This document shows positions 24,870 through 37,179 of a stretch of DNA of 64,000 nucleotides, piece by piece; positions within the stretch are counted from its first letter, which is position 1; every line of letters begins with the position of its first letter. Source of the stretch: Octopus sinensis (taxonomy: Eukaryota); assembly GCF_006345805.1 (NCBI RefSeq), contig NC_043023.1, positions 12,152,001 through 12,216,000 of the forward strand, read 5' to 3'. A program made the position numbers and the translations under genes. A model generated the notes under the pieces. It saw nothing but the letters and a program-made list of their open reading frames with translations. It was not told where the DNA came from and did not search any database.

Positions 24870-25685
24870 TTAAGAATCCCTAAATTTCTAGGCCTTCCAT
24901 TTTTAGACGGGTTGAAATCTCTCAGACCTTCAAGCTCTACGTCTCAAATCACTCACTGCCAACCCATGTTGTTAATTCCATTCTTTACCTGGGAAGAACT
25001 GGGAATTCACAAGTATCTGCCTGTTCTGCTTTCTAGTGAGAATGTAGCCAGTCTGGCTGGTGTGCCACCAGATTTTTAGTTGATCAAGTCTTGTAGGGTT
25101 CCCGAAGTTATGAAGTTAGGGTTGACAAAAACAGGGTGGGGTTCATAATAAGAATCCCTTCCAAAACGTTTGTTCTCAAGTTTATGAAAATAATCTTACT
25201 CTGGACCTTTGAAAACTTATCTCTGAAAAGTTTAATTTGAAGAAACCATTATTCAGAAACTAACAAGGAATCCATCTAGTGTGGGGCACTAAACTATACA
25301 TATGCCTCATATTCTTCCTTTCTGGTCTCTCCTGCTTTTATAGCTCTGGAAACTTCCCTGATCAACCATTATGTCACCCTTCACCTGGCTGGCATATTTA
25401 ATGAGTGAAGCATTTAAAATACAATAAACAATAAATATACTGTAATTACAAGATGCAATATTCAAGAAAGAATAATGTGTAGGGGTGTCAGGAGGAGGAG
25501 ATTTGGTATAAGAGGTCCTTACACCATGGAAAGGAAACTGCATGAGTGGTCAAGGATGGAGTGGGAGGTGAATATTGCAAAAACAAAACAAACAACTGAA
25601 ATTTTGGGAAATATTTTAATCATAATTTCCATTGCATAAAACACAGGAATATTAAACAAATATAGCAAACAGGAAACTATAGGGA

Positions 25686-26903
25686 CTACCCTTTTCCTTT
25701 CACCCCTGTATGAATATGTTTGTGTTTTGTTAAGTTACTACTGTGAGAAAATGATTTACCACAGATATCACAGTGATATGGTTTCTCACTTGTATGAATA
25801 TGTTTGTGTCGTGTCAGTGAACTACTTACAGAGAATGTATTACCACAAATATCACAATGATAGGGTTTCTCTCCTGTGTGAATACGTTTGTGTGCTGTTA
25901 AGGCACTATTTTGAGAAAATAATTTACCACAAATATCACAGCGATAGTGCTTCTCTCCCGTATGAACACGATTGTGTGTAGTTAAGTGAATACTTCGAGA
26001 GAATGATTTACCACAAATATCACAGTGATATGGCTTCTCTCCTGTATGAATTCGTATGTGTCTTAGTAAGGCACTATTGTCAGAGAATGATCTACCACAA
26101 ATATCACAGTGATATGGCTTCTCTCCCGTATGAGTACGTTTGTGTACAGTTAAGTAAATACTTCGAGAGAATAATTTACCACAAATATCACAGTGATATG
26201 GCTTCTCTCCTGTATGAATATGTTTGTGTGTTGTTAAGGCACTATTGTCAGAGAATGATTTACCACAGTTATCGCACTGATATGGCTTCTCTCCTGTATG
26301 AATACGTTTGTGTGCTGTTAAGATACTATTGTCAGAGAATGATTTACCACAGATATCACAATGATATGGTTTCTGTCCAGTGTGAATATATTTGTGTCTA
26401 GATAAGTTATTATTTAGAGAGAATGATCTACCACAGATATCACAGTGATATGGCTTCTCTCCTGTATGAATACGTAGGTGTTTTGTAAGAGAACTATTTG
26501 CAGAGAATGATTTACCACAGATACCACAATGATATGGTTTCTCCCCTGTATGAATACGTATGTGTCTTGTTAAGACACCACTTTGAGAGAATGATTTACC
26601 ACAAATATCGCAATGATGGGCTGTCTCTCCTGTATGAATATATTTGTGTGCAGATAAATGACCACTTGTGGAGAATGATTTACCACAGATATCACAATTA
26701 TATGGCTTCTCTCCTGTATGAATACGTAGGTGTTTGGTTAAGTCACAATTTTCAGAGAATGATTTACCACAGATATCACACTGATATGGTTTCTCTCCTG
26801 TATGAATATGTTTGTGTCTAGATAAGTTACTATCCTTAGAGAATGATTCACCACAGGTATCACAATGATACAGTTTCTTCCCCGTATGAGTATGTTTGTG
26901 CAT
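25686..26903 (-). CDS. ZF5: C2H2 zinc-finger protein, 14 fingers after the ATG
   Basis: 405-aa ORF; tandem paralog of ZF4 (about 4.9-kb period). Intron 27349-28525. Confidence 0.92.
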   Translation of the reverse strand: MHKHTHTGKKLYHCDTCGESFSKDSNLSRHKHIHTGEKPYQCDICGKSFSENCDLTKHLRIHTGEKPYNCDICGKSFSTSGHLSAHKYIHTGETAHHCDICGKSFSQSGVLTRHIRIHTGEKPYHCGICGKSFSANSSLTKHLRIHTGEKPYHCDICGRSFSLNNNLSRHKYIHTGQKPYHCDICGKSFSDNSILTAHKRIHTGEKPYQCDNCGKSFSDNSALTTHKHIHTGEKPYHCDICGKLFSRSIYLTVHKRTHTGEKPYHCDICGRSFSDNSALLRHIRIHTGEKPYHCDICGKSFSRSIHLTTHNRVHTGEKHYRCDICGKLFSQNSALTAHKRIHTGEKPYHCDICGNTFSVSSSLTRHKHIHTSEKPYHCDICGKSFSHSSNLTKHKHIHTGVKGKG

Positions 26904-27479
26904 AATTAGGTTGCTTTTCCGAGAGAACGACTTTGTACAGATATCACAGTCATATGATCTCGTCTATTTTCTCATGTGTTCAGGGGAAAATCAATTCAAT
27001 AATTTTCTCTCTCTTTCCTATTTCTTTTCCTCTCAAATCCAAGTTGATATATTTTTCTTGCTCTTGTTTTTATACTTTATTCCTTACACTTCTTCTCCTC
27101 TATTTCCTTCTACTGTTGTCTTTGTTTAGCAAAACATCCGTAAATTTATCCAAGTTCCAGTGGCACATATGCTTCAGTTCTTGACACACTAGTCTGTGAT
27201 GTTTAGAAATTTGACTAAAATGTTATTTCAGAGCAAATGTTTCACAAGAATTCTTCCTCAAATTTGCAGAAACAGTTTTGTATAATATTTTCCTTTAGTC
27301 TTTCAAACATTATAGATATTTAGGATTCTTCTTCTGTCATCTGACGTTCTGAAATTATAAAGAAACAATAGTGGAAAATGTAGAGGCTACTTAAAAAATA
27401 CAGATTCATTTCTGAGATAAACTGTAGGAACAAACATTTATTTTAACAACAGTTGCATAAAAAAGTGCCAATCTCTGAA

Positions 27480-27690
27480 ATTGATGGAAGACCTCGAGCA
27501 ACGCCTGGCTCATAAGGGCCGGATTCCCAGTTTCTTGGCGTATAGGTTCCCCACCTGAACAGAACGCCGGTCCATCGCAGGTGAGCTGCAAGATGCAGGA
27601 GGAAAGAGTGAGAGAAAATTGTGGTGAAAGAGTCAGCAGAAGTTTTGCCATAACCTTCTGCCAGAGCCGCGTGGAGCTTTGGTGTTTCAC
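27480..27690 (-). mobile_element. SINE with V-domain-like segment
   Basis: CCTGCGATGGACCGGCG motif; second copy at 43835-44092. Confidence 0.6.
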
Positions 27691-27994
27691 TTTAGCAATG
27701 CATAAATGTAAATATAATTAATATAACATGGAAACTGTACATGTATTTTATATAAAATGGAAAAGAAAATCTCTTTTGTGGGAAAACCTAACAGTTATTG
27801 ACATTTGAAATTAGATTCACAATCTCTACATTTGTTTCGCTATGGATATTCATCAAAATATGGTATAAATGAATCACTGCTAGGCACATTTGTGACTGTG
27901 TGATAAGAAACCTGCTTTCCAACCACATGGTTCCAGGTTCAGTCCCACTGCATGACACCTTGGGCATCTTCTACAGTAATCTCAGGCCAACCAA

Positions 27995-28430
27995 ATTCAT
28001 AGACATCTCTCTCTCATAGCTAGAAATAGCAGTCAAATCCCACACAATTCAAGGACATCTCTCTCCCATAGGTAGAAATAGCAGTCAAATACCACACAAA
28101 TCAAAGATATATCTCTTCCATAGCTAGAAATAGCAACCAAATCCCACACAATTCATAGTCGTCTCTCTTCCATAGTTAGAAATAGCAGTCAAATCCCACA
28201 CAAATCAAAGATATATCTCTTCTATAGCTAGAAATAGCAGCCAAATCACACATAATTCATAGTCATCTCTCTTCCACAGTTAGAAACAGTAGTCAAATCC
28301 CGCACAAATCAAAAACATTTCTCTTTCACAGCTAGAAATGCCAACAAAATATCGTACAAGCATAGAATCTCTTTTTCGTTGCTAGAAATAGCAGCAAAAT
28401 CCCGCACAAATCAAGGACATCTCTCATTCA
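27995..28430. repeat. 52-bp minisatellite, about 8 units (ZF5 intron)
   Basis: Same unit as 23545-23735. Confidence 0.8.
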
Positions 28431-28673
28431 TAAAACACAGAAAAGACACGAAGAATTCAGGCGCCAAAAACCCGAAAGTCTCAGAATTGAAAAAACATTG
28501 AATCTTTTCATTGTTTAATACTTACGCAAATGTTTCATAAAGGACTGTGTTGTTTATATATGTGTGTATATGGCAGTTGAGAAATGCATTATAAGTACGT
28601 ATTTTAAGTATTATAAACGTATTATTATTATTATCAGCTGATTAAAAGAAATTCATTCAATGGTACATTTGAC

Positions 28674-28717
28674 CCGGAAGTTAACGTCATGAAGAAACCA
28701 CGTTCAATGCGCATGCG
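28674..28717. promoter_or_regulatory. ZF5 promoter: ETS site plus NRF1-like site
   Basis: CCGGAAGT 28674-28681, TGCGCATGCG 28708-28717. Confidence 0.65.
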
Positions 28718-28804
28718 TCTCTCGTCTCCTGAAATAAGACATCAAAGACTAATTATCTCCCTTTACCTATCCTTATATTCTTCTCTATTTTAGGCACAAG
28801 CCCC

Positions 28805-29969
28805 GGATCTTTTCGGTTTGACCGGCAGTTTTTTGTAGCGGTGTCATATGAAATTGTCACCCATAATTATGACCCTAGTATCGATCTATTGCATTTCAAT
28901 CTGTTTTAGGGTTAGGGTTGGGGGAAGGGTATCTTTTTTATCTTCACAAATGTAAATAGGCGTAGGAGTGGCTGTGTGGTAAATAGCCTGCTTACCAACC
29001 ACATGGTTCCGGGTTCAGTCCCACTACGTGGCATCTTGGGCAAGTGTCTTCTACTATAGCCTCGGGCCGACCAAAGCTTTGTGAGTCGATTTGGTAGACG
29101 GAAACTGAAAGAAGCCAATCGTATATATGTATATATATATGTGTGTGTGTGTGCATGTATGTTTGTTTGTTTGTCTCCCCAACATCGCTTGACAACAGAT
29201 GCTGGTGAGTTTACGTCCCGTAACTTAACGGTTCGGCATAAGAGCCCGATAAAATAAGTACTAGGCTTACAAAGAATAAATTTGTGTACTGGGGTCGATC
29301 TAATTGACTGGCCCCCTCTCGAAAATTTCCGGGCTTTGCGCCAAGAATTTAAAAGAATGTGTGTGTGTGTCTAAAAAAATAATGTAATTTGAATGGCATA
29401 ACAGTGCACTATAATAACAACTATGGATTATTACAACTGTTATTAGGCGCAGGAGTGGCTGTATGGTTCTGGGTTCAGTCCCACTGCATGGCATCTTGGG
29501 CAAATGTCTTCCACTATAGCCTCGGGCTGACCAAAGCCTTGTGAGTGGATTTGGTAGATGGAAACTGAAAGAAGCCTGTCGTATATATATACATATATAT
29601 TCAGGAGTGGCTGTGTGGTAAGTAGCTTGTTTACCAACCACATGGTTCCAGGTCCAGTCCCACTGCGTGGCACCTTGGGCAAGTCTCTTCTACTATAGCC
29701 TCAGGCCGACCAAAGCCTTGTGAGTGGATTTGGTAGACGGAAACTGAAAGAAGCCTGTCGTATATATGTATATATATATGTGTGTTTGTGTGTCTGTGTT
29801 TGTCCCCCTAGCATTGCTTGACAACCGATGCTGGTGTGTTTATGTCCCCGTTACTTAGCAGTTCGGCAAAAGAGACCGAAAGAAGAAGTACTGGACTTAC
29901 AATCGAGTTGCTCGATTAAAGGCGGTGCTCCAGCATGGCCGCAGTCAAATGACTGAAACAAGTAAAAGA

Positions 29970-29970
<1 letters not shown>
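28805..29970 (+). mobile_element. Truncated GGATC MITE (28805-28958) followed by three SINE-A copies
   Basis: SINE-A heads (GGCGTAGGAGTGGCTGTGTGG, B-box GGTTCAGTCCC) at about 28959, 29445, 29602. Confidence 0.8.
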
Positions 29971-30020
<50 letters not shown>

Positions 30021-30069
30021 AACTCGATTTATACATTTCTTGTACTTTTTTTTGACCACAGTTCTGTAG

Positions 30070-30620
30070 GGAGCAGAAGCATGGACTCCCTTTCAGAGAG
30101 AAATAAAAAAACTTGAAACTTTTTTCACATGTGGTGTGTGCGCAATGTATGCAACAAAATGGTAAGTTAAGGCATCAAATGTAAAAATCCTAGGCACATG
30201 TGGTATGTCCAGCATCCAAAGCATGTTGATGAAAATTCAGTGCAGATGGGTAGGACATGTTTTTCAAATGAAAAGTGATCGCATTCCAAAAATTCTTCTG
30301 TAAGGCCAACTAGTAGCAGGATATCATGGCAGAGGAAGACCTGTCTTTAGGTGTAAGGATAAGCTGAAGCAATAAATAAAATCTATGCAGCTTGATTTGA
30401 CATGTTGGGAAAGCCATTGCCTAAATCCATCTGTATGGTGTAAAATGTGTCAGGTTGCCATGTGAAGAATTTGAGTTGATGGAAATGAACAATAGCGGAC
30501 CTATATCCTGCAACAGATAGACACATTTGCACAATCAAAGTCATCGGTGTCCCCATTGTGACTTCATTGCAAAATCCATTTCTGGACTCAAATTCCCTTC
30601 CACACATCCATTGCAAATAG
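30070..30620 (+). mobile_element. Degraded RTE LINE fragment
   Basis: QCRWVGHVFQMKSDRIPKILL..QLVAG...GRGRP..RCKDKLKQ; related copy at 43300-43810 and partial inverted copy near 34700. Confidence 0.7.
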
Positions 30621-30751
30621 ATGCAGATTCTTTGTTGCTTTCTTTCTTTCTTTTACTCTCTTTAACTCCAAGTCTTCTCCTTCAAACATGCATACATTGA
30701 AACCGACGGGGGCAACCGTCATCATCATCATCCTCAGCAATATATATATAA

Positions 30752-31144
30752 GCGTAGGAGTGGCTGTGTGGTAAGTAGTTTGCTTACGAATCACATGGTG
30801 CCGGGTTCAGTCCCACTGCGTGGCACCTTGGGCAAATGTCTTCTACTATAGCCTCGGGCCGACCAAAGCCTTTTGAGTGGATTTTGTTGGCGGAAACTGA
30901 AAGAAGCCTGTCGTATATATGTATATATATGTGTGTAAATGTTTGTGTGTCTATGTTTGTCCCCGCAACATCGTTTGACAACCGATGCTGGTGTGTTTAC
31001 GTCCCCGTAACTTAGCGGTTCGGCAAAAGAGACTGATAGAATAAGTACTAGGCTTACAAAGAATAAGTCCTGGGGTCGATTTCCTCGACTAAAGGCGGTG
31101 CTCCAGCATGGCCACAGTCAAATGACTGAAACAAGTAAAAGAGT
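30752..31144 (+). mobile_element. SINE-A
   Basis: Full head-to-tail copy. Confidence 0.85.
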
Positions 31145-31164
31145 ATATATATATATATATATAC

Positions 31165-31485
31165 ATACAAATTGAGATAGGGTTGTAAAAGCAACTCTCC
31201 ATGGGATAACATATATCCAACACACTGCTAGTGAAATACCCAACAAAGTTAATACATAAATGTTAAGGATTGCGATGCAATCAATTCATTTACTGTATTA
31301 TATGGGCAAAGGTAAAATGATTTACCACAATTACTAATACAAGATAAGAAAATGGAGAAATACATCTAAATCAAATATCAATTATCAGATAATACTCAAT
31401 CACATACTTTGTTAATAAAGTATGTGACTGAGTATTATCTGATAATTGATATTTGATTTAGATGTATTTCTCCATTTTCTTATCT

Positions 31486-31490
<5 letters not shown>
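31165..31490 (-). repeat. (TA)n-flanked element with a 74-bp-arm terminal palindrome
   Basis: Arms 31337-31410 and 31417-31490, one mismatch, 6-nt loop. Confidence 0.8.
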
Positions 31491-31516
<26 letters not shown>

Positions 31517-31519
<3 letters not shown>

Positions 31520-32240
31520 CTGATGGAGCACGACATCAAAAGCTCTGCAGTTGGTCTCAAGATGAACCACATGAAAACGAAGTTCATGCGGTCAGACAAT
31601 GTACCAACAGGTCGAATGGTGATCGGCAGTGATGAAATAGAGGAGGTAAAGGAATATGTCTACCTGGGACAGGAAGTGAATATGTGCCGAGGTATCGAAA
31701 AGGAGATCTCACGGTGAGTAAGGGCCAGATGGAAGGCGTTTAATGGCATAAGGGATGTGCTGAAGGGAAGGTTGGACAGGACCACCCGCGCTTACCTCAT
31801 CAACATTACAGTTCTACCTGCAATGTTATATGGTAGTGAAAGATGGGCTACCACAAAGAGAGAAGAGCAGAGACTGGTAATGGTTCAAAGAACCATGGAA
31901 AGGTCAATGCTTGGAATCTCGTTGAGAAAGCACATAAGTAGCAAGATCATCAGAAAGAAGTCCGGCGTGAGAGATGTCATCGCAGAGTATACACGCAGCA
32001 AGTATAGATAGGCTGGACACATCGCCCAGCTCACCGATAATCGGTGGACGCACGCAGTTGTTGATTGGTACCCGCACGAGCGGAAAAGACTAACCGGAAG
32101 ACCTCCACGTCGGTGGAGTTACGACTTCAGGAGGACGATTGGGATCACGTGGATGAGAAAGGCGCGATCCAGAGAGGAGTGGACAGCGTGCTGTGACCAG
32201 CGGTGTCAAATGGACACCCAACAGACTGGTCGGTCAAGGT
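31517..32240 (+). mobile_element. RTE-1-like LINE 3' fragment
   Basis: GLKMNHMKTKFM, EYVYLGQEVNM, VLPAMLYGSERW, AGHIAQLTDNRW, GRPPRRW; in-frame stops. Confidence 0.88.
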
Positions 32241-32281
32241 GATATATATATATATACACGTACATATATATGTATACACAC

Positions 32282-32355
<74 letters not shown>

Positions 32356-33068
32356 ATATACGTGTGTATACATATATATATATGTATATACACAAACATA
32401 GATATATAAATGATGACACAGACGGGCTGAGGTCGGTTTTCGTTGTTTCAGGTTTCTTTATTTTCGAACAAATCAATTACATTTGGTAAAGATTTCCAGG
32501 TAAATTATGAGTGAAATTTAGCATTTAGGATTTTTTACACAAACAGTATAGGACTTGTATTGACTCTACCAGTTGAGACTGTGTTATTAGTTATACTACA
32601 CTACACCCAGGTCCTTCCCTGTGTTGGCTCTTGAACCTACGGTCAGCCATGGACAGCATTATGACTTTATATACATGTCATATATTTTATTTATTCTTGT
32701 GAATATATGCATAAATGGAAGTGTGTAAGTATACATGAATGTATGTGTTTATGTATATATTTGTCTGTATTTATATGCGTAATCAATGCTGGTGTGATTA
32801 CGTCCCTGTTTGGTAAAAGCGTCCGATACATACATACACAGATATACACATACATACATACACACATATATACATACATACATACACACATATATACATA
32901 CATACACACATATATACATATATATATACACATACATACATACGTACATACATACACATATACATACATACATACACACATACATATATACATACGCACA
33001 TACATACATTCACACACATACATACAAACACACATACATACATACACTCATACACACACACACACACG
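32240..33068. repeat. (TA)n and (TACA)n/(CA)n microsatellites
   Basis: Visible arrays at 32240-32400 and 32828-33068. Confidence 0.9.
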
Positions 33069-33154
33069 TACCAATAAGTCCTGGGGTCTCTTTGCTCGAC
33101 TAAATGCGGTGCTCCAGCATGGCCGCAGTCAAATGACTGAAACAAGTAAAAGAG

Positions 33155-33575
33155 TATGTTTACAGCTATTCCATGACATCAGGACAGTATTCAAGAGTAA
33201 CAGAACACTTCGCAAATATCTCCTTCAAGTAAAACCACCAACAGAGGAGAATATGACCAAAAACTGCGTGTACTCCATCCCATGCAGCTGTGGTAGGTTA
33301 TACAAAGGTGAAACATGCCACCCCCATAAATAAGGGTTGAGGAGCATCACAAAGCTGTGACACAGGGAGATATTGATAAATTGGGTATAGCTGATTATGT
33401 ATGGAAAAATAGAGACCACCTCCCAATGTGGGATGAAGTTAAAATAGTAGACAGAGAACACCACTGGAATATAAGAAAACTAAAAGAAGCAGCACATATT
33501 CTAGGACACAACAACCTCCTAAGCAGACCGAGTGCAGATATGAGCAGCATATGGGAACTGGTATTAAGGAAGGAT
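33155..33575 (+). mobile_element. Penelope-like GIY-YIG endonuclease fragment
   Basis: NCVYSIPCSCGRLYKGET ... EH ... IADYVW ... HWNIRKLKEAAHI; one frameshift. Confidence 0.8.
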
Positions 33576-33578
33576 CAA

Positions 33579-33800
33579 GGTGGTGAGCTGGCAGAGACGT
33601 TAGCACGCCAGGCGAAATGCTTGGCAGTATTTCGTCTGCCGTTACGCTCTGAGTTCAAATTCCGCCAAGGTCGACTTTGCCTTTCATCCTTTCGGGGTCG
33701 ATAAATTAAGTACCAGTTATGCAGTGGGGTCGATATAATCGACTTAGTCCGTTTTCCTCTCTGTGTTTAGCCCCCTGTGGGTAGGAAAGAAATAGGTATT
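33579..33800 (+). mobile_element. SINE-B
   Basis: Head, core and tail; GGTATTAAGGAAG repeated on both sides. Confidence 0.8.
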
Positions 33801-34019
33801 AAGGAAGATAGAAGAATATTAGATGAGTGAATTTTAAATTTTATAAATCTAATATTCTCCTAAGCACATAACAAGTGATGAGCGATAAGATACAATCACT
33901 TGAGTAAGGAATGACCATGCTTCTTTTTCTCTTTTAATAATGCTTGTTCTTGTTTCAACCATGATCGCCTCTGCGTAGTTATTTGTGTTGTTGTTTATTT
34001 TGTAAAGCAGAGGGTTGCT

Positions 34020-34400
34020 AGCACATCACCCGCTACCCATCTCGAAAGAGTCCAGAAGCTGGCTACCCACATGGTTCTTGGTCTCAAGCATTTGTCTTAT
34101 GAAGAAAGGCTGAAGACGCTCAACCATTATTCTCTCGAAAAACGCCACCGCCGTGGTGATCTCATTCTCGCTCACATCATAAGCAGAAAGTGTAAACTCT
34201 CGAAAGAGCTGTTCTGCACTCCTGCTCCAGAGCGTCGGCTGCGGGGTCACTCCAAAAAGCTCTATCTGCAACGATTTCATCTCAATCGAAGGAGAGGAGC
34301 TTTCTCCGTGGAATAAGCTGCCGGATGAAATAGTGAAGATGCCGACGACCGCTAGGTTCAGTCTCCATTGACCAGAAATGGCCTGAACTTTTTGCATGAA
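34020..34400 (+). mobile_element. CR1/L2-type LINE 3' fragment
   Basis: GLKHLSYEERLKTLNHYSLEKRHRRGDLI ... LRGHSKKL ... AFS. Confidence 0.8.
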
Positions 34401-34997
34401 CACCCTCCTTGTACATAACTCCATGTCCCCCTACATGGGGTTGCTTTTTGCATTTTGAGCAAAAAATTAACTTAACTTCCCATCCACACATTTACCAATA
34501 TGGGGCCCTAAGAAAATCTGATAACAGGTATAGATGCAAATCTAATTACTTGTCGCCTTTTAAAATGTGGCATAACATGGTGATCGGTCGACTTACAACA
34601 CCTTTCTTCATCTTGAGTTTATTTGGTAGAGTGTGCTTGTTAACTTGACAACAAGGTCATGGTGAGATATTATTGGCTGTAAGCAAATGAGTCCATTTTA
34701 CTATGATTTAACATTTAATGTCTTATCTTGCCATTTTGCTGCATATGTTGTGGTGCAAACACCACATGCCAAAAAATTTCAGTTTTTCTATTTCTTCGTA
34801 GAAGGGAGTCCATGCTTCTGCCTCATATAAAAAAATACTCAAAATACAAGATTTCTATTATTTTAGTTGTCAGACTGATATCATGTTCACACAAGTACAT
34901 ATATCATATTAAATACACAACTGAAAGCGCTACTACTTGTTTGATACTGTTATGATTCTTGAACAGGAATATTTATAAAATGCGCCATGTATCTTAA

Positions 34998-35467
34998 CCC
35001 TTTCATTACCATATTTCTGTTGAGATGCTCTGTGTTTCCTTCAATTAATTTTAAATATAACAAAGAATTTAGTAAAATAACTTCATTATCATTAAGCTAG
35101 TGTTAGGAACATAAATTGTGACTGAGGTTTCGTGGAAGATTTTAATTTAAAATTTATAACAAGACATTTATATTAAAGAGCCAGAGGTGGTTTCAGGTAG
35201 GTTGGTATCAAAAGGGTTAAGAATTGTTTCTCTATTATATATTTTAACCCTTTTGTTAGCATACTTCTGTTGAGATGCTGTGTTTCTTTCAATTAATTTT
35301 AAATATAACAAAGAATTTAGTAAAATAACTTCATTATCATTAAGCTAGTGTTAGGAACATAAAATGTGACTAAGGTTTGATGGAAGATTTTAATTCAGAA
35401 CTTATGATAACAAGACATTTGTACTACAGTGCCAGAGGTGGTTTCACATGGGTTGGTATTGAAAGGG
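34998..35467. mobile_element. piggyBac-like MITE dimer
   Basis: Units 34998-35216 and 35248-35467, each TTAA-flanked. Confidence 0.8.
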
Positions 35468-36339
35468 TTAAGGGCATAGAGCCAAAGAAACCAAGCCCAA
35501 TCTGACAGGAACGTGGAGCAGCACTCTGGCTTGCCAGCTCATGTCACACTTTCCCATCAAAGCCTGCATAGAAGACGGATGATAAAAATGGATGTTAGAG
35601 GAGGATGATGAAAACACAACAAAGACAAAAATCAATGTCACTCAAAACTTTTATTCCTTATTCCCATTCCTTTATTCTCACATAACAAATTCCTCAAAAT
35701 TCCAGCACAATCCTCTTCAGAAATCAAAGTCATCTCTGTGTTGATATATTTAGATATATAAATGATATTGAAGTTGTGATTCATGAATTTCATGTTGACA
35801 TCCAAGAAACTGAAGTTGATAATGTCAAGCTTGAAGAGGTATAAACCCTGTCTTTTAGCAGACAAAATATTCATTAATTGGTATGTTGTAATAAATTTTG
35901 ATATTCATACGGTTACACTTGTGTATGAATATTCAAATGTGTAATTAAGTGGCGTTTTTGAGAGAATGACTCACCACAGGTATTACAATGATATGGCTTC
36001 TCTCCTATATGAATAAGTTTGTGATTAGATAAGTTGATTTTTTGAAAGAATGATTTACCGCAGATATCACACTGATATGCATTCGTAACTGGTCAAGTTA
36101 CTATTTCTAGAAAATGATTTACCGCAGATATTACAAGGATATGCTTTCTCTCCTGTATGTGTAAGTTTGCGTTTAATCAACTCACCAATTTGAATGAAAG
36201 ATTTACCACGAATATTACAATGATATGGCTTCTCTCCTGTATGAATATGTTTGTGACGAGTTAAATCACTATTATGAGAAAATGATTTACCACAGATATC
36301 ACATGGATATGGTTTTCTCCAGTATGAATACGTTTGTGA

Positions 36340-37179
36340 CTAGTCACATTTATATGGCTTTTCTTCTGTATGTGAAAGTTCGTGTTTAGCCAAGGCATCA
36401 CTCCGAGAGTAAGATTCACCACAGATATCACAACGATATGGCCTCACTCCTGTATGTGTATGTTTGTGACAAGTTAAGGTACCATTTTGAGAAAATGATT
36501 TGCCACAGATATCGCAATGATATGGTTTTTCCCCAGTATGAATATGTTTGTGACTGGTCAAGTTACTATTTCTAGAGAATGATTTGCCACAGATATTACA
36601 ATGATATGCTTTCTCTCCTGTATGTGTATGTTTGTGTTTAGTCAAGTTACTATTTAGAGAGAAAGATTTACCACAGATGTTACAATGATATGGCTTCTCA
36701 CCTGTATGAACACGTTTGTGATAAGTTAAAGAGCTATTATGAGAAAATGATTCACCACAGATATCACAATGATACGGATTTTCCCCTGTATGAGTACGCT
36801 TGTGCCTAGTCACATGGCCACTTTCAGAAAATGATTTACCACAGATGTCACAATGATATGGTTTTTCTCCCGTATGTGTACGTTTGTGTCTAAACAAGAC
36901 ACCACTTCGAGAGAATGATTTACCACAAATATCACAATGATATGGCTTCTCTCCTGTATGTGTACGTACGTGAATAGTCAAGGAACTACTTTGAGAGAAT
37001 GATTTATCACAGGTATTGCAATGAAATGGCTTCTCTCCCGTATGTGTAAGTATGTGGCTAGTCAAGGAACCTCTTTGAGAGAATGATTTACCACAGATAT
37101 CACAGTGGTATGGCCTCTCACCTGAATCAGGTTTGTTTGGTTTTCTTAAATCATTCATTATAAGATAATAATTTCTCAT
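36340..37179 (-). CDS. ZF6: C2H2 zinc-finger protein, 9 fingers
   Basis: First ATG 37179 (track start is GTG); ends KPYKCD*; out-of-frame decayed fingers follow to about 35945. Intron 37574-38490. Confidence 0.9.
   Translation of the reverse strand: MRNYYLIMNDLRKPNKPDSGERPYHCDICGKSFSQRGSLTSHILTHTGEKPFHCNTCDKSFSQSSSLTIHVRTHTGEKPYHCDICGKSFSRSGVLFRHKRTHTGEKPYHCDICGKSFSESGHVTRHKRTHTGENPYHCDICGESFSHNSSLTYHKRVHTGEKPYHCNICGKSFSLNSNLTKHKHTHTGEKAYHCNICGKSFSRNSNLTSHKHIHTGEKPYHCDICGKSFSQNGTLTCHKHTHTGVRPYRCDICGESYSRSDALAKHELSHTEEKPYKCD

Noticed and set aside
32145-33333. Long YI/HTY/CMYV-rich ORFs
   Set aside because: Translations of (TA)n and (TACA)n microsatellites.
36340-36342. ZF6 TAG as an editing-controlled readthrough site
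   Set aside because: Downstream fingers are in a different frame, so recoding would not restore them.
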